The notes under the pieces were generated by a model, which ran no database searches, was not told where the DNA came from, and was given only the letters and a program-made list of their open reading frames with translations. Of a stretch of 64,000 nt of DNA, positions 1 through 40,185 are shown one piece after another (the stretch's first letter is position 1; each line of letters starts with the position of its first letter). The DNA is from the human T2T-CHM13v2.0 reference genome, Homo sapiens. Made by a program: the position numbers and the translations under genes. The stretch lies in assembly GCF_009914755.1 (NCBI RefSeq), contig NC_060927.1. One strand, written 5' to 3'.

Positions 1-400
1 TAAGATAGATGTTTATTCTCTTTAGTGTAACAGTTTGAATTTACGCAGTCCAGTGTTAATGTGGCAGTGCCACAGTATTGGGGACCCAGGCTCCTTCTAT
101 GTTGTTTGTTTGCTATCCTTACCATGTGGCTTCCATGTCAGGGTCTAAGATGGCTGCTGTTGCTCAGGCCATCACACCTGCAATCCAGCCAGTGAAAGAG
201 GGTTAAAAGGAAAAGGTGGACACACTCCCTTTCTTTTAAAGATATAACCTGGAAATGCATCACTTTTTCTCACATAATAGAGAGCAGAACTTAGCTACAT
301 GGCCACGCCTAGCTCCAAGGAAATGCGGTCTTTAGATTGGCAAATATTTATTGGGCATCTACTGTGAAGATTTATCTCAAGAAGTAACATGTGACCTGGG
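1..400. mobile_element. Old MaLR (MLT1-like) LTR fragment
   Basis: Degenerate motifs such as aagatggctgct and cttagctacatggccacgcctagctccaagg resemble MLT1 LTRs. Subfamily and ends uncertain. Confidence 0.45.
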
Positions 401-688
401 CCTTGAAGGATGAGACGTTTGCCACGTAAAATAAAGGGGATAGGGCACTTTAGGTGTACGAAGAGGTAGGAGATGGCCTTAGCTCTTAGTACATCACAAC
501 CAAGCTGGGAAGATGAAAGAACAGCTGGGTCAGGGACTGGAAGATAATAAGCAGGCCTGGGTTTGATGGTCACCTTTGCCATTTACTGTACTGGCTGGGT
601 GGCTTTAGGCAGGGAACTTAACTTTTCTGATCTTTTAATTTTTTATTTATAAAAATTCATGCATTGTGTATGAAATGGATACATTAGT

Positions 689-996
689 GGCCGGGTGCGG
701 TGGCTCACGCCTGTAATCTCAGCACTTTGGGAGGCCGAGGCGGGCGGATCACGAGGTCAGGAGATCGAGACCATCTTGGCTAACATGGTGAAACCCTGTC
801 TCTACTAAAAATACAAAAAATTAGCCAGGCGCGGTGGCGGGCACCTGTTGTCCCAGCTACTCAGAAGGCTGAGGCAGGAGAATGGCGTGAACCCGGGAGG
901 CAGAGCTTGCAGTGAACCGAGATACGCCCCTGCAGTCCGGCCTGGGAGAAAGAGCGAGACTCTGTCTCAAAAAAAAAAAAAAAAGAAAGAAAGAAA
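689..996 (+). mobile_element. AluY-like element with 17-bp target-site duplication
   Basis: Full dimer with A-rich tail. TSD gaaatggatacattagt at 672-688 and 997-1013. Confidence 0.95.
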
Positions 997-1089
997 GAAA
1001 TGGATACATTAGTATACTGAATTTTTTGCAAGGCACTGAGGAGATGAGATTTGTTATTGTTATTACGGGTATAAGGGTATGTATGTGTG

Positions 1090-1092
<3 letters not shown>

Positions 1093-1134
<42 letters not shown>
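1093..1134 (+). repeat. (TG)21 microsatellite
   Basis: Perfect dinucleotide run. Confidence 0.95.
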
Positions 1135-1136
<2 letters not shown>

Positions 1137-1260
1137 GAAGAAACATTCCTTCCTTGCTTCCGTCTAATTTTCCTAACCTCCTTAACCACAAAAACCTTCC
1201 AGGGCAACATCTATATTATTTGTGCTTTTTTGATTGAAAGTGTTAGGAACTTAAACTCTT

Positions 1261-1292
1261 ACACACACACACGTGCACGCACACACACACAG
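1261..1292 (+). repeat. Imperfect (AC)n microsatellite
   Basis: acacacacacacgtgcacgcacacacacacag. Confidence 0.85.
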
Positions 1293-1914
1293 ACATAGGG
1301 AGGGGGAAGAATATGAATGAGTGAATTAGCGAATGAATGAACTTAGTGTCTCATTTAACCAAACAACAGAGAGGACAGGCATTGCTCTGGTTTCAGGGAA
1401 GTTAGACCCAGGATCTCAAACACCAAAGGTACAGCCATTGTGTCTCTCTGTCTGTGGCTCTCTCTTCGTTGCTTGCCTCTGCTTTACTCTGTGTTGAGCT
1501 TTCATTTTCCCCTACTGTAAATGGGTTTTCTGGGTGTAGTGGGGCGTCTGGTTCTACCACTAGAGAGGAAAGGCTGGAGGTCTTTCCCCAATAAGCTCTA
1601 GGTGGAAAAGTTTCAGGGAAGGATTCTGATTGGCCAGCTTCGATCACATGCCCAAATCTAGACTAATCCCTATGGTCAGAGGAGTGGGGTACTATGATCT
1701 GCCCATGTTGGGTCATGCCGTCTCATCTATGACAGGGCGGTTGGTGGGCAAGCACAGGTCTTTTCAAAGGAAGGGTGTGGTTTTTTCAGACAAAACAACC
1801 AGCATTAGGTTCTTCAGTCTGCTCCCCGCCCCCTCTCTGCTGGGAGGCCAGATGTTAGCATTTCTATTTCAGAGAGAATTCCTGATGAGCTCCCTTCTCT
1901 CTCTTCTCCCAAAG

Positions 1915-2206
1915 GTGTGTGGCTCTGTGGCTGCTGTGGAAGAGCGGCTCCGAGGTCGGGAGACGTTGCTCCCTTGGAGTGGGCTTTCTGAGGGTACAGG
2001 CTCTTCTTCCAACACCCCAGAGGAAACAGACGACGTTGACAATTCCAGCCTTGATGCCTCCTCCTCCATGAGTGTGGCACCCTGGGCAGGGGCTGCCACC
2101 CCACTTCTCCCCACAGAGAATGGGGAAGGAAGGCTGCGGGTCATCGTGGGAAGGGAGGCTGACTCCTCCTCTGAGGCCTGTGTTGGCCTGGAGCCTCCCC
2201 AGGATG
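1915..2206 (+). CDS. IRAK2: IRAK2 penultimate coding exon (about aa 492-588), with TRAF6-binding PxExx(D/E) motifs
   Basis: Pyrimidine tract then aaAG acceptor at 1913-1914; donor G|GTAAGC at 2207. Translates VCGSVAAVEERLRGRETLLPW...LEPPQD. PEETDD at 2017-2034 and PTENGE at 2110-2127. 292 nt (phase 1), joins the next exon in frame. Confidence 0.96.
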
Positions 2207-2580
2207 GTAAGCCGGAAGTCAGAGTGCATTTGGATACTCATGTGTGTGTCCCCAACTTCAGCCCATCATTTTTTCTTTCTGTTGCCTTCATTCACTCCTT
2301 CATTTGGTTATTCAGCCATTCACCAACCAGCCAGTTTTTCACAGAGAAACCTGGGAGGCATCCTTGACACCTCCCTCTCCCTGCCCTGGACTGTGTCCGG
2401 TTAATCACCCAGTCCTGTCCATTGGCCTCCAAAATCTCTCTCACCTCCATCTACTTCTCTGCGTTCCCCCTTTGTCTGAGCTCCTGTCCTCAGGGGACTG
2501 CATAGCTTCCCTGAGTCCTCCTCCATCCTGGCCCCTCCCTCACTAGGTCCTTCTCCAGGAGCCAGCCAGAGTAGCTTTTA

Positions 2581-5304
<2,724 letters not shown>

Positions 5305-5419
5305 AAATGCTCATTACACTCAGGGCCTGATTCAGGAACCTGATTTAAGTGACTTTAAGAATTATAATAATAGTAACTTTCATTCAAGTCGCTCTTGTTT
5401 GCTTTCTGTTGAACATCAG

Positions 5420-5532
5420 TTACAGAAACTTCGTGGCAAATTGAGATCAATGAGGCCAAAAGGAAACTGATGGAGAATATTCTGCTCTACAAAGAGGAAA
5501 AAGTGGACAGCATTGAGCTCTTTGGCCCCTGA
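5420..5532 (+). CDS. IRAK2: IRAK2 last exon, coding part
   Basis: cAG acceptor at 5418-5419. (G)TT ACA GAA... gives VTETSWQIEINEAKRKLMENILLYKEEKVDSIELFGP, TGA at 5530-5532 followed by a second TGA. Confidence 0.96.
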
Positions 5533-5995
5533 TGACCGGAACACAGCTGAGGACCCTTGTCCTCAGTTGGAAAGATGAGCATCAGATCAAGAAAAAGGTC
5601 TGAGGCAGAATCCAAGATCTGCCAGGAAACACACAACAAAACATCTGCTGTCCTGGGTGGGAGGGAAACTTCATTTCACTGGAATGAGTTGGGAGAGAAA
5701 GGCCCTCAGCTTTTAGAGACACAAAAATCCATGAAGTCTCTTCCTTTCTGGGCTTTGTTAGTCAGAGCAGGGGATCAGAGGAGACTGAAGCAGAAACCCT
5801 GCACACGGGCCCAGGATGTGGCTGATTTTGTGGTTCCGGGGAGTATGTGATGATAATCACCCCCAGCAGATTCCATTACCTCAGCAGCTCTTGTTCCCCC
5901 GCCACTGGCAGTTCTGCAATGCCATAGCATTTTCCAGAGCTAAGATCTCTGGGTTGTATTTGCTGACAGCCTGCAAGCTTGCATGCTCTGAAAGA

Positions 5996-6636
<641 letters not shown>

Positions 6637-7024
6637 GAGAATATGTGTTGTTATTTATGACTGGATTATGAAGAATCAGGAGAATGCATTTCATGTCTGA
6701 TTCTGCTGCTAATTAAGTCAATCATTTAATTTTTGGGACCTCAGTTTCTTTGTAAGTAAAATAACACCTGCTTGTTCTTCATCCCTGGGCTGTTGGGAGG
6801 AACAGATGAGACAGTGGCTATAGAAGCACTTGGAAAATGCACTTGTCCTGTTTTGTAAAATAAAAAGGTATTAAATGTGTATTTCTGCCATGTACCTAAT
6901 GATTATTCAGTGCGTATATATCTGAAAAGTCATGTTGCAAATCTTTCTGTGAAACAGATGCTATTTTAAATTCACTGGGAGAAATATCCTATTTAAAGTA
7001 ATCTATAGTAATTTCTTTTTATAT

Positions 7025-7030
7025 AATAAA
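7025..7030 (+). terminator. IRAK2 poly(A) signal AATAAA
   Basis: Canonical hexamer in AT-rich context with downstream TG/T-rich sequence. Confidence 0.75.
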
Positions 7031-7909
7031 AATATATTTGTAAAGTCGACAGACAACTTGTAATTAGTTTTGTGTCTGGAAGAATTTGTTTAGAGAAGGC
7101 ACTCTGTATCCTTGAGATGGGGTAGCAAAGAGCTAGGATCCTGGCTCTTACTGTTGACTGTTAATAGCTGCATGATCTTGGGCCCAGTTAGGGAGTTACT
7201 CTGAGGCTCTGTTTCCTCATCTGTACAATGGGAAAAAGAAAACGTACGCATCTTGTAGGGTTGTTGTTGGATGGGTCCTGCCTGGTGAAACATTTGGCAG
7301 CTCCCCAGTAAGGACAGCTTTGGCTTGATGTGTGATGTAGCTGAGCTGGGTCCCAGTCCAGGTGGACAGTGATCTATACAGACAGCCCTGTCTTCAGCTC
7401 TGGTGTCTGTGAGGATTCAAGGTGAATGTGCATTTTGTGCCCCAAATGGGACCTGGCCTGTTGCGAACACTTTACAATTATAAGCAGGGTGTTTCCAGGG
7501 CTGTTTGAGCAATAGAGGGCTGACACCAATAGGTTTGTGGTTATCCAGACATACTTACATTTCTAGACTAGGATTTCATATATTTTTGGAGAAGTCAGTA
7601 AATCCCCTTGGGACTTGGATGAAAGCTCTAGACCTTTGCTACATACAGACATACATACATATGCGTTCTGAGTCCATGAATTCCAGACCTTCATGGGCAC
7701 CATGATGTCTTTTCATGGATCCCCCGTAGGGAAGCCCTGAATTATTTTTTTTTAGGTTAATAGAGGATTTAAAAATCTAAACAGTACAAAGGTTCCATGG
7801 TGAGAAGGCAGGCTTTTTCTCAATGGGATCTTAGTCTCCAGTTTCTTGTTCCCAAAGGCAACCACTGTCACTAGGTTGGAGTATCCTTCCAGAGGTGATG
7901 GAAAACAGA

Positions 7910-11273
<3,364 letters not shown>

Positions 11274-11479
11274 GTCTTTAATATTTTTCACCAGGCGGAT
11301 AGTTCACATTTTTGTGTAGTCTTTTTTTTTTTTTTTTGGTGCCTTCTAATTCTAATTCTTCCCATTTCTGGGTGTGTACTTAGTCTCTCTGAGCCACAGT
11401 TTTCTGCTCTATAAAGTGGGGTGATAATGCTCAGTACACGGTTTGCTTTGGCTCGATGAGAAATCCAGGTCTGAAAGCT

Positions 11480-12800
11480 TCAGGTACAGCGGCCGGCGCT
11501 GAGGAAAACAGCGTTAAGTGAGGCGCGTCAGCGGACACCACCTGCCTGCACATCTGGCTGGCCTCAACTTCCCGCTGTTCGAGCCCACGTGAGTGGCTCC
11601 GCCCCATCTGGCTTCTGACCAATGGACGAGCTTCCTAAGGCGTACCGTCCCGACTCCAAGGCGCCTGGCTTTGAGGCGGGCTGCGTCTTGCTCGGAGTCC
11701 CGCCCCTTGCCGGGTCGAGCAATGGGCGCCTTCCGTTTGGCGCAGGCCCCGCCCCTGTCGCTCTCCGGCCTGCGGGCCGCAGGGCTCGTTCCGGAGGGCG
11801 GGCGCCACGGAGGCCGGAGTGGTCGCAGTTCGGGCGGAGGCCGGGCCAGGCGGGGCTGTAGGGCTGGGGCAGGCGGCGGGCTGCCCGGCGGGACAGCTGC
11901 GGCAGCCGGCGGGGGGCGTCCTGAGTTGGCGGTCGAGGGCGCTGCCAGCTCCCGAGGGGCCGCTCGGGCCCCTTCCGGCCCGGGTCTGGTTGGGCCGCAG
12001 GAGCAGGGCGGGCTGCGGCGCCCGGGTCTGGCCCTGGCCTACGGGCTAAGCGCCCGGCCCCGGGGCCGCGGATCCGGCAGCCATGTGTGGATCTTGAAGC
12101 GCCATGTGGTCTTCTGAAGCGCTTTGACAGTTCTAAAGGGCTTTATATTGCAAACTGATCAAAGCGCTTCGTAGCCCCGGAAGCGCTTAGGCATCTCCGA
12201 AGTAGCGCTGGGCAAAGTGAAGGCTTCCTGATCTCAGAAGCACGTTGTGGGCTTGGAAACCGACGGCAGCCTTTAGTCAATTTTGGATCGCTTTGACTTC
12301 TCCAACACGGTTTGGCATCTCTGAAACCTTGAGAACTGTGATGGGCAGTGGAAAGAAGAGGGAAAGGTCAGTGAGGCTAGCCCCTGGCTCTGCCCTTATG
12401 TCTTGCCGTCCTCCTGGGCCCGGGGTGGCGGGAATCTGAGGTGGGGTCGCCAGGAAGGGTGGTGTTGGAATCCAGGCCCCCTGTACCTTGCAGGTGCCCA
12501 TGGCGTCCGAGCGGGGCAAGGTCAAGCACAACTGGAGCAGCACGTCGGAAGGGTGTCCCCGCAAGCGCAGCTGCCTCCGGGAGCCCTGTGATGTGGCCCC
12601 CTCCAGCCGGCCAGCTCAGAGGTCTGCGTCGCGTTCTGGAGGGCCCAGCAGCCCCAAGCGCCTGAAAGCCCAGAAGGAGGACGATGTGGCTTGCTCGCGG
12701 AGGTTATCCTGGGGCTCATCCCGCCGCAGAAATAACTCCTCCTCCTCCTTCTCCCCACATTTCTTGGGCCCTGGTGTGGGCGGGGCCGCCTCCAAAGGCT
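11480..12800 (+). promoter_or_regulatory. TATDN2: TATDN2 CpG-island promoter (TATA-less)
   Basis: Dense CpG and high GC. E-box CACGTG 11586-11591, CCAAT 11619-11623, GC boxes near 11597, 11699 and 11747, ETS-like CCGGAAG near 12177. Confidence 0.9.
11792..12366 (+). other. TATDN2: TATDN2 exon 1 (5'UTR; start approximate)
   Basis: Donor AAG|GTCAGT at 12367; 127-nt intron to the cAG acceptor at 12492-12493. TSS inferred from the promoter position. Confidence 0.7.
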
Positions 12801-12913
12801 GCCTGATTCGGAACACTCGGGGGTTCCTGTCTTCAGGGGGATCCCCTCTGCGTCCTGCCAACGCCTCTTTGGAAGAAATGGCTTCTCTAGAGGAGGAAGC
12901 CTGCAGCCTTAAG
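12500..12913 (+). CDS. TATDN2: TATDN2 coding exon (aa 1-138); exon starts at 12494
   Basis: ATG at 12500, MASERGKVKHNWSS...EEEACSLK, donor AAG|GTAGGT. Basic, Ser-rich low-complexity N-terminus. Confidence 0.95.
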
Positions 12914-13109
12914 GTAGGTGGCTGCCACGCTTTGCAATCGGTGAAGCCCCTTCCACATGGCTTGAGAGGTTGGGGATGGGAATTTTGGTGGAAGGAGACT
13001 ACAAAACATTACATCCTTGAAGGTCTGGAAGGTCTTTCTAGAAGTCCACTCCCCCCAAACTCGAAGACCTAGCAGTCTTCCAGGCGCGTGGCCTGAAGTT
13101 AAGTAGAGA

Positions 13110-13284
13110 GGTAATTTTCAAACTCGGCAGCACTTTGGAACTACTTGGAAAGCTTTAAAATACTTGGGCCTGCCTCCTACTCCAGAGAAACTGATTTATT
13201 GGGCTGAGGTGTGGTCTGGGCTTCCAGATTTTTCAGTGCTCCCCAGGTTATTGTAAACGTGCAGCCCCGTTGGAGAATCACTGC
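13110..13284. mobile_element. MER5-like hAT DNA transposon remnant (similar remnants about 31860-32030 and 47770-47905)
   Basis: Motifs ctccagagaaactgatttattggg...ctccccagg...gagaatcactg. Confidence 0.55.
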
Positions 13285-14667
13285 AGTAGAAGGTGGATTA
13301 TGTGCTCAAGAGAAGAATGTATTTATTTTAGTTGTCAGTTTAAAGAATTGTGTGCCCTTGTACTTTGAACCACTCTGAATCACAGAACCAAGAATTGCGG
13401 TTCTTGGTGTAGCTTTTCTCCAAAGTCATAGTTTCCAGCATGTTGGGGTTTTGCTTGGTGGTGCTAGTTTTTTTTTTTTTTCTTTTTTTTTTGGAGGTTA
13501 AATTGTTAATTCCCTAATGGAAACATGCAAGAGGGTTTCATAAGTACTTTGAGCAGACCAAGGAGTGCTTCACAGAGAAGATACATTTCGCTCATCTACT
13601 CAATCAAGGCTTTGAACAAATATGTGTTGAGGGTTTAGTTTGTGCCAGGCAATGTTCTAGGTGTTTGGGATTCTTTACTAACAAAACAGATCACTTTCCC
13701 CTTAGAGTTTGCATCCTAGATTTTGAAGGTCTGAGTCTTAAGAAGTGAGAAGTTCTGCCTGTGGAGGAGTGGAGAAACAGTCTTATTTGGGATCAGATGG
13801 GCTGCCTCTAGAGAAAATTACTTTACAAAAGCAATTAAAACAGGCCCTAAGGAATATGTGTTTGTTTTTAAGCCTAGCCTTGGTGGTTTCTTTTGTGTAG
13901 CTGAGAAAGGAGGCTGTATTTGACTGTTTGTCTTGGGGACTCATAGGCTAAGTGCCCCTGGTTTTTTCAATGTGGACCTCACTGTCTGAACTCTTGTGTG
14001 GGCACGTGGATTTTTTCTTTTTAAATTCACAAATAACAGTGAGTTGAAAAGCCCTGTCTCTAGCGTAGGAATGCTGAATTTGTCTCAAATCAGGTAAGTA
14101 TGGGACTTTGCTCATACAAGTTAATCTTGCCATTAATCCTTGATACAATTTCAGTAGACTTGGGTACAGCATAAAATAATACCAGTTGATTCAATTTAGC
14201 TTCACTGACAATTTGTAGATAGAGTGAAACCTGTTACTGGGAGAGGCAGGAAATTTACTTTACATAGTCTTTCAGGTGTGCTGAATCCCTGGCTGTCCTA
14301 AAGACCTGGAACTCAGGTTTGAGGGTGTGGTCTCTAATCTGGGTGGGTCTAATTGTAGGTGGACCCACCTTTCTCTCATTAAGGCTAAAGGGGCCTTGTT
14401 TTGCAAGAACCCAATTTAATGGTTTCAGTAGAAGCACTTGAGGGTTATTGTGGGCCACGCACTGTTGGGTCTGGGAGTGATGAGCTTCTAGGGAGCAGTC
14501 TGGTGGGAGGGCTGGAGGAGTGGTCGCATGACTGCCCACAATGTGGTATGATGGAGTAGTGAGCCCAGAATGGAGGCTGGAGAGCGAGGTAGGGGGTGGA
14601 TTGCAGCAAGGTTTTAGTAGCCAAGGGAATTTGGATTTTATCCTAAGGACAATGGATTTTATTCTAA

Positions 14668-22590
<7,923 letters not shown>

Positions 22591-23430
22591 GTATTTACTT
22601 TTGAGAGGAATTTAATAGAAATGACTTAGGAATGCAAATGGGATAATGGTTTACTGCTTATGGAATGGCCTTAGGAGGACATTTGTGGAGAGTTCTTACA
22701 CCCGGCAGGGATTAGACTGGATTAGAATTTCACATCAAAATAGTCTGGCAAACAAAGTCTAGCTTTTTCTGTGTGGAGTCCTGGAGTGAGTGGGTGCAAG
22801 AGGGGGCTGAGGCTTCACTTCCGTCTTGGAGGAGGTTTGTTGTTGGGAGCAGTCTATCTTGACTGACCCTGGTGCAGTCACTGAGAAACTGAGGTATTTT
22901 CCAAAACCAAGTTGATTATTTGAGGGGAAGTGTTTGCAGAGAACTTTCAGGAGGCTTTGGGTATGGTGGGAAAAACACTGCACTCAGAACTGGGGGATTG
23001 GAGTTCCTGGGGCTAGCCCTTCCCCTCACTGGGTCCTCAGGTTTCCTTTACCCTTAGATATGGGATTGGGCTAGCTGGTTTCTAGGGCCCTTTCCAGTGG
23101 GAAGAGCTTGAGCTGCTGTTTTGCCTGAAGTGTAGTCCTTGCCTTCCAGGAGCTTGCAGTCTGGTTTAATGAGAGTGTTCATTTCAGCTCCTTCCGTCCC
23201 CTTGCAGTGAAAGGATATCATCTGCTGAGCATGAGAAGGCGAATGCTAAGAAATGGCAGCAATCAGCCCCTCTTACAGTGCCACTTCACCACCCGGAGAG
23301 AACCTTTGCCTTAGCCACAGTCACTTTCCCTTTGACTGGTAGAACCACCACTGATTTATAATTTGCCAAATGCTTCATGTACGAAAGTGCCCTTGGAACA
23401 GCCCTTTCAATTCTGTTTTTTTTTTCCCAG

Positions 23431-23964
23431 GTTGATTCCAAAGATAGTTCTCATAACTCCACAAACTCTGAATTTGCAGCTGAAGCTGAGGGTCAGAATG
23501 ATACAATTGAGGAACCCAACAAGGTCCAGAAAAGGAAGAGGGATAGACTTCGAGACCAGGGCTCCACAATGATCTACCTGAAGGCTATCCAGGGCATCCT
23601 GGGGAAATCGATGCCAAAAAGGAAGGGAGAGGCTGCCACTCGGGCAAAACCAAGCGCAGCAGAGCATCCCAGCCATGGAGAAGGACCAGCCAGGAGTGAA
23701 GGACCAGCCAAGACTGCAGAAGGAGCAGCCAGGAGTGTCACAGTCACTGCTGCTCAGAAGGAGAAAGACGCAACCCCAGAGGTCAGCATGGAGGAGGATA
23801 AGACAGTGCCAGAGAGGAGCAGCTTCTATGACAGGAGAGTAGTTATAGACCCTCAAGAGAAACCCAGTGAGGAGCCCCTTGGGGACCGAAGGACTGTCAT
23901 TGACAAATGCTCTCCACCCCTAGAGTTCTTGGATGACTCTGACTCTCATTTAGAAATCCAAAAG
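23431..23964 (+). CDS. TATDN2: TATDN2 coding exon (aa 139-316)
   Basis: Poly-T plus cccAG acceptor; VDSKDSSHNS...LEIQK; donor AAG|GTGAGT; 534 nt. Confidence 0.95.
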
Positions 23965-24623
23965 GTGAGTAAAGCTTGTACCAGGCATCTGACTTTTTAG
24001 TTCTGTTGATGAAATGTGTTCCATCTTTCTAGTTTGATCCTAAGTGTTACTAATTAAAAATAGTACTTTACTTAACCAGGCCTCCAGGAAACAAACTGAT
24101 GGTTTTCTTCTAACATACTTTTCAGATTTTCAGAGTTATTAATAAACCTAAACTAAGTGCTTTTTTTTTTTTTTGAAGGATTTATATGTTAGGATATGGG
24201 TTTAGCTGCTGTGTAAAAGGCCAAAATCACAGTGGCTTAAACAGAATATAAGTTTGGCTTAAGAAGGATGGCTCCATCATGTCAGAGATACTGGTACCTT
24301 TTGTCTTGATTCTCTATCACCCCTCAACACAGTGTCCATCTCTTGGTGTGAAATGGATACTCTGATAGGACTCAGGGTTTGTTATCTGGGCATTCTGGCC
24401 AGTGGGAAGGGGAGAAGAGGAGAGTGCATTCCTTCCCTGTTAAGAGCTTGGCTCAAGAGTTGCACATGTTGTATCTGCTGTTGACAAGAGCGGGGAAACC
24501 CGGCTGACACCTGGCTGCAAGGGAGTCTGGAAAATCAGCCTTTATCTAGGCAGACTTGTACCTGGATAACCAGAGAAGAAGGGAAGGATGTCATTGGACG
24601 GAAACTAGTGATTTTTAACATAG

Positions 24624-33006
<8,383 letters not shown>

Positions 33007-33427
33007 TACAACTGCCACAGCTGTTGTAATTTTACATTTTGAATATATTGACGACAGTGTCAGAGAGGAAAAGCTGGGCACTGCTTTTCTCTAAAATCTC
33101 CAATCCGGAGTGTGTTCTAGAGAGCAGTTTTTCTCAAGAGAAAGGGATGCAGGTAGAGCACCACCTTTAGGAGTAGCATGATGAGGCCATGGTCACAGGC
33201 CTATTCCCTGAACCCAATACAGCTGTTCACAGCAGTAACTTGGCTCAGTTCTGGACATTTCTGGAAATTGTAAGGAAACCAGGTGACAGGGTGAGCTAAT
33301 GAGCCAATGCAAAGCCATCACCATGGCCAGAAGAACAAGCCAGGGTTTATGTTCAGCTGATGACAGCCTGGGAGGCCATCTTCACATCGGAAGGCTAACC
33401 CACTGTTGTATGCCTTCTTTTCTGCAG

Positions 33428-34312
33428 CATAAAGATAGGGAGGTGGTGATGGAGCACCCCTCTTCTGGAAGTGACTGGTCTGATGTTGAGGAGATCTCCA
33501 CAGTCAGATTCTCTCAGGAGGAACCTGTCTCCCTGAAACCTTCAGCCGTTCCGGAGCCTTCTTCCTTCACCACCGACTATGTCATGTACCCTCCTCATTT
33601 GTACAGTAGTCCTTGGTGTGACTACGCCAGCTATTGGACCAGCAGCCCCAAGCCTTCTAGCTACCCCTCCACAGGCAGCAGCAGCAACGATGCAGCCCAG
33701 GTTGGGAAGAGCAGCCGGAGCCGCATGAGTGATTATTCCCCCAACTCTACAGGGAGTGTCCAAAACACCTCCAGAGACATGGAGGCCTCAGAGGAAGGCT
33801 GGTCCCAGAATTCTCGTTCATTTCGCTTCTCCAGAAGCTCAGAAGAAAGAGAGGTGAAGGAGAAAAGAACATTCCAAGAGGAGATGCCTCCGCGTCCTTG
33901 TGGAGGACACGCATCCAGCTCCCTGCCAAAGAGCCACCTGGAGCCAAGCCTAGAGGAGGGCTTCATTGACACTCATTGTCACCTGGACATGCTCTATTCC
34001 AAGCTATCTTTCCAAGGGACCTTTACAAAGTTCAGAAAAATTTACAGCAGCTCCTTCCCTAAGGAATTTCAGGGCTGCATCTCTGACTTCTGTGATCCCC
34101 GCACCCTGACAGATTGCCTATGGGAGGAGCTGTTGAAAGAGGATCTGGTCTGGGGGGCCTTTGGCTGTCACCCTCATTTTGCACGTTACTACAGTGAGAG
34201 TCAAGAAAGAAATCTTTTGCAAGCCTTAAGGCACCCTAAGGCTGTGGCATTTGGAGAAATGGGCTTGGATTACTCTTACAAGTGCACCACGCCTGTCCCA
34301 GAACAGCACAAG
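33428..34312 (+). CDS. TATDN2: TATDN2 coding exon (aa 317-611), start of the TatD domain
   Basis: HKDREVV...PEQHK, 885 nt. TatD motifs DTHCHLD, GCHPH, GEMGLDY. AG/GT boundaries. Confidence 0.96.
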
Positions 34313-34599
34313 GTAACAAGGCTCTCTTTAGTCTGCTTATAGTTTTAATTTTTCTTTTAGTTGTTGAAGCCTGACAATAAGGGTTTATCTAATTTTAGAA
34401 GTAAATAATTGAGAATCCCTGAAAACGCAGTGTGCTTGCTCTCATCCAGACCATCTAGATGCCATTTGTCAAATGCTTTACAAGCTATTTCTTACTGTTC
34501 AGCTTTATTATGGAAGATGAGGGAGAAGTACTTTGTGACTTCTTATGGATGATATCAATGTCAAAACATTTGTTTTCTTTCTTTCTTGGGAAGCAATAA

Positions 34600-40185
<5,586 letters not shown>

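Noticed and set aside
1630-1914. N-terminal extensions of the exon ORFs (also 23377-23430 and 33299-33427)
   Set aside because: Intronic read-through upstream of clear splice acceptors.
11593-12117. 174-aa Gly/Ala/Arg-rich ORF over the promoter
   Set aside because: Expected from stop-codon depletion in a CpG island; it begins upstream of the likely TSS.
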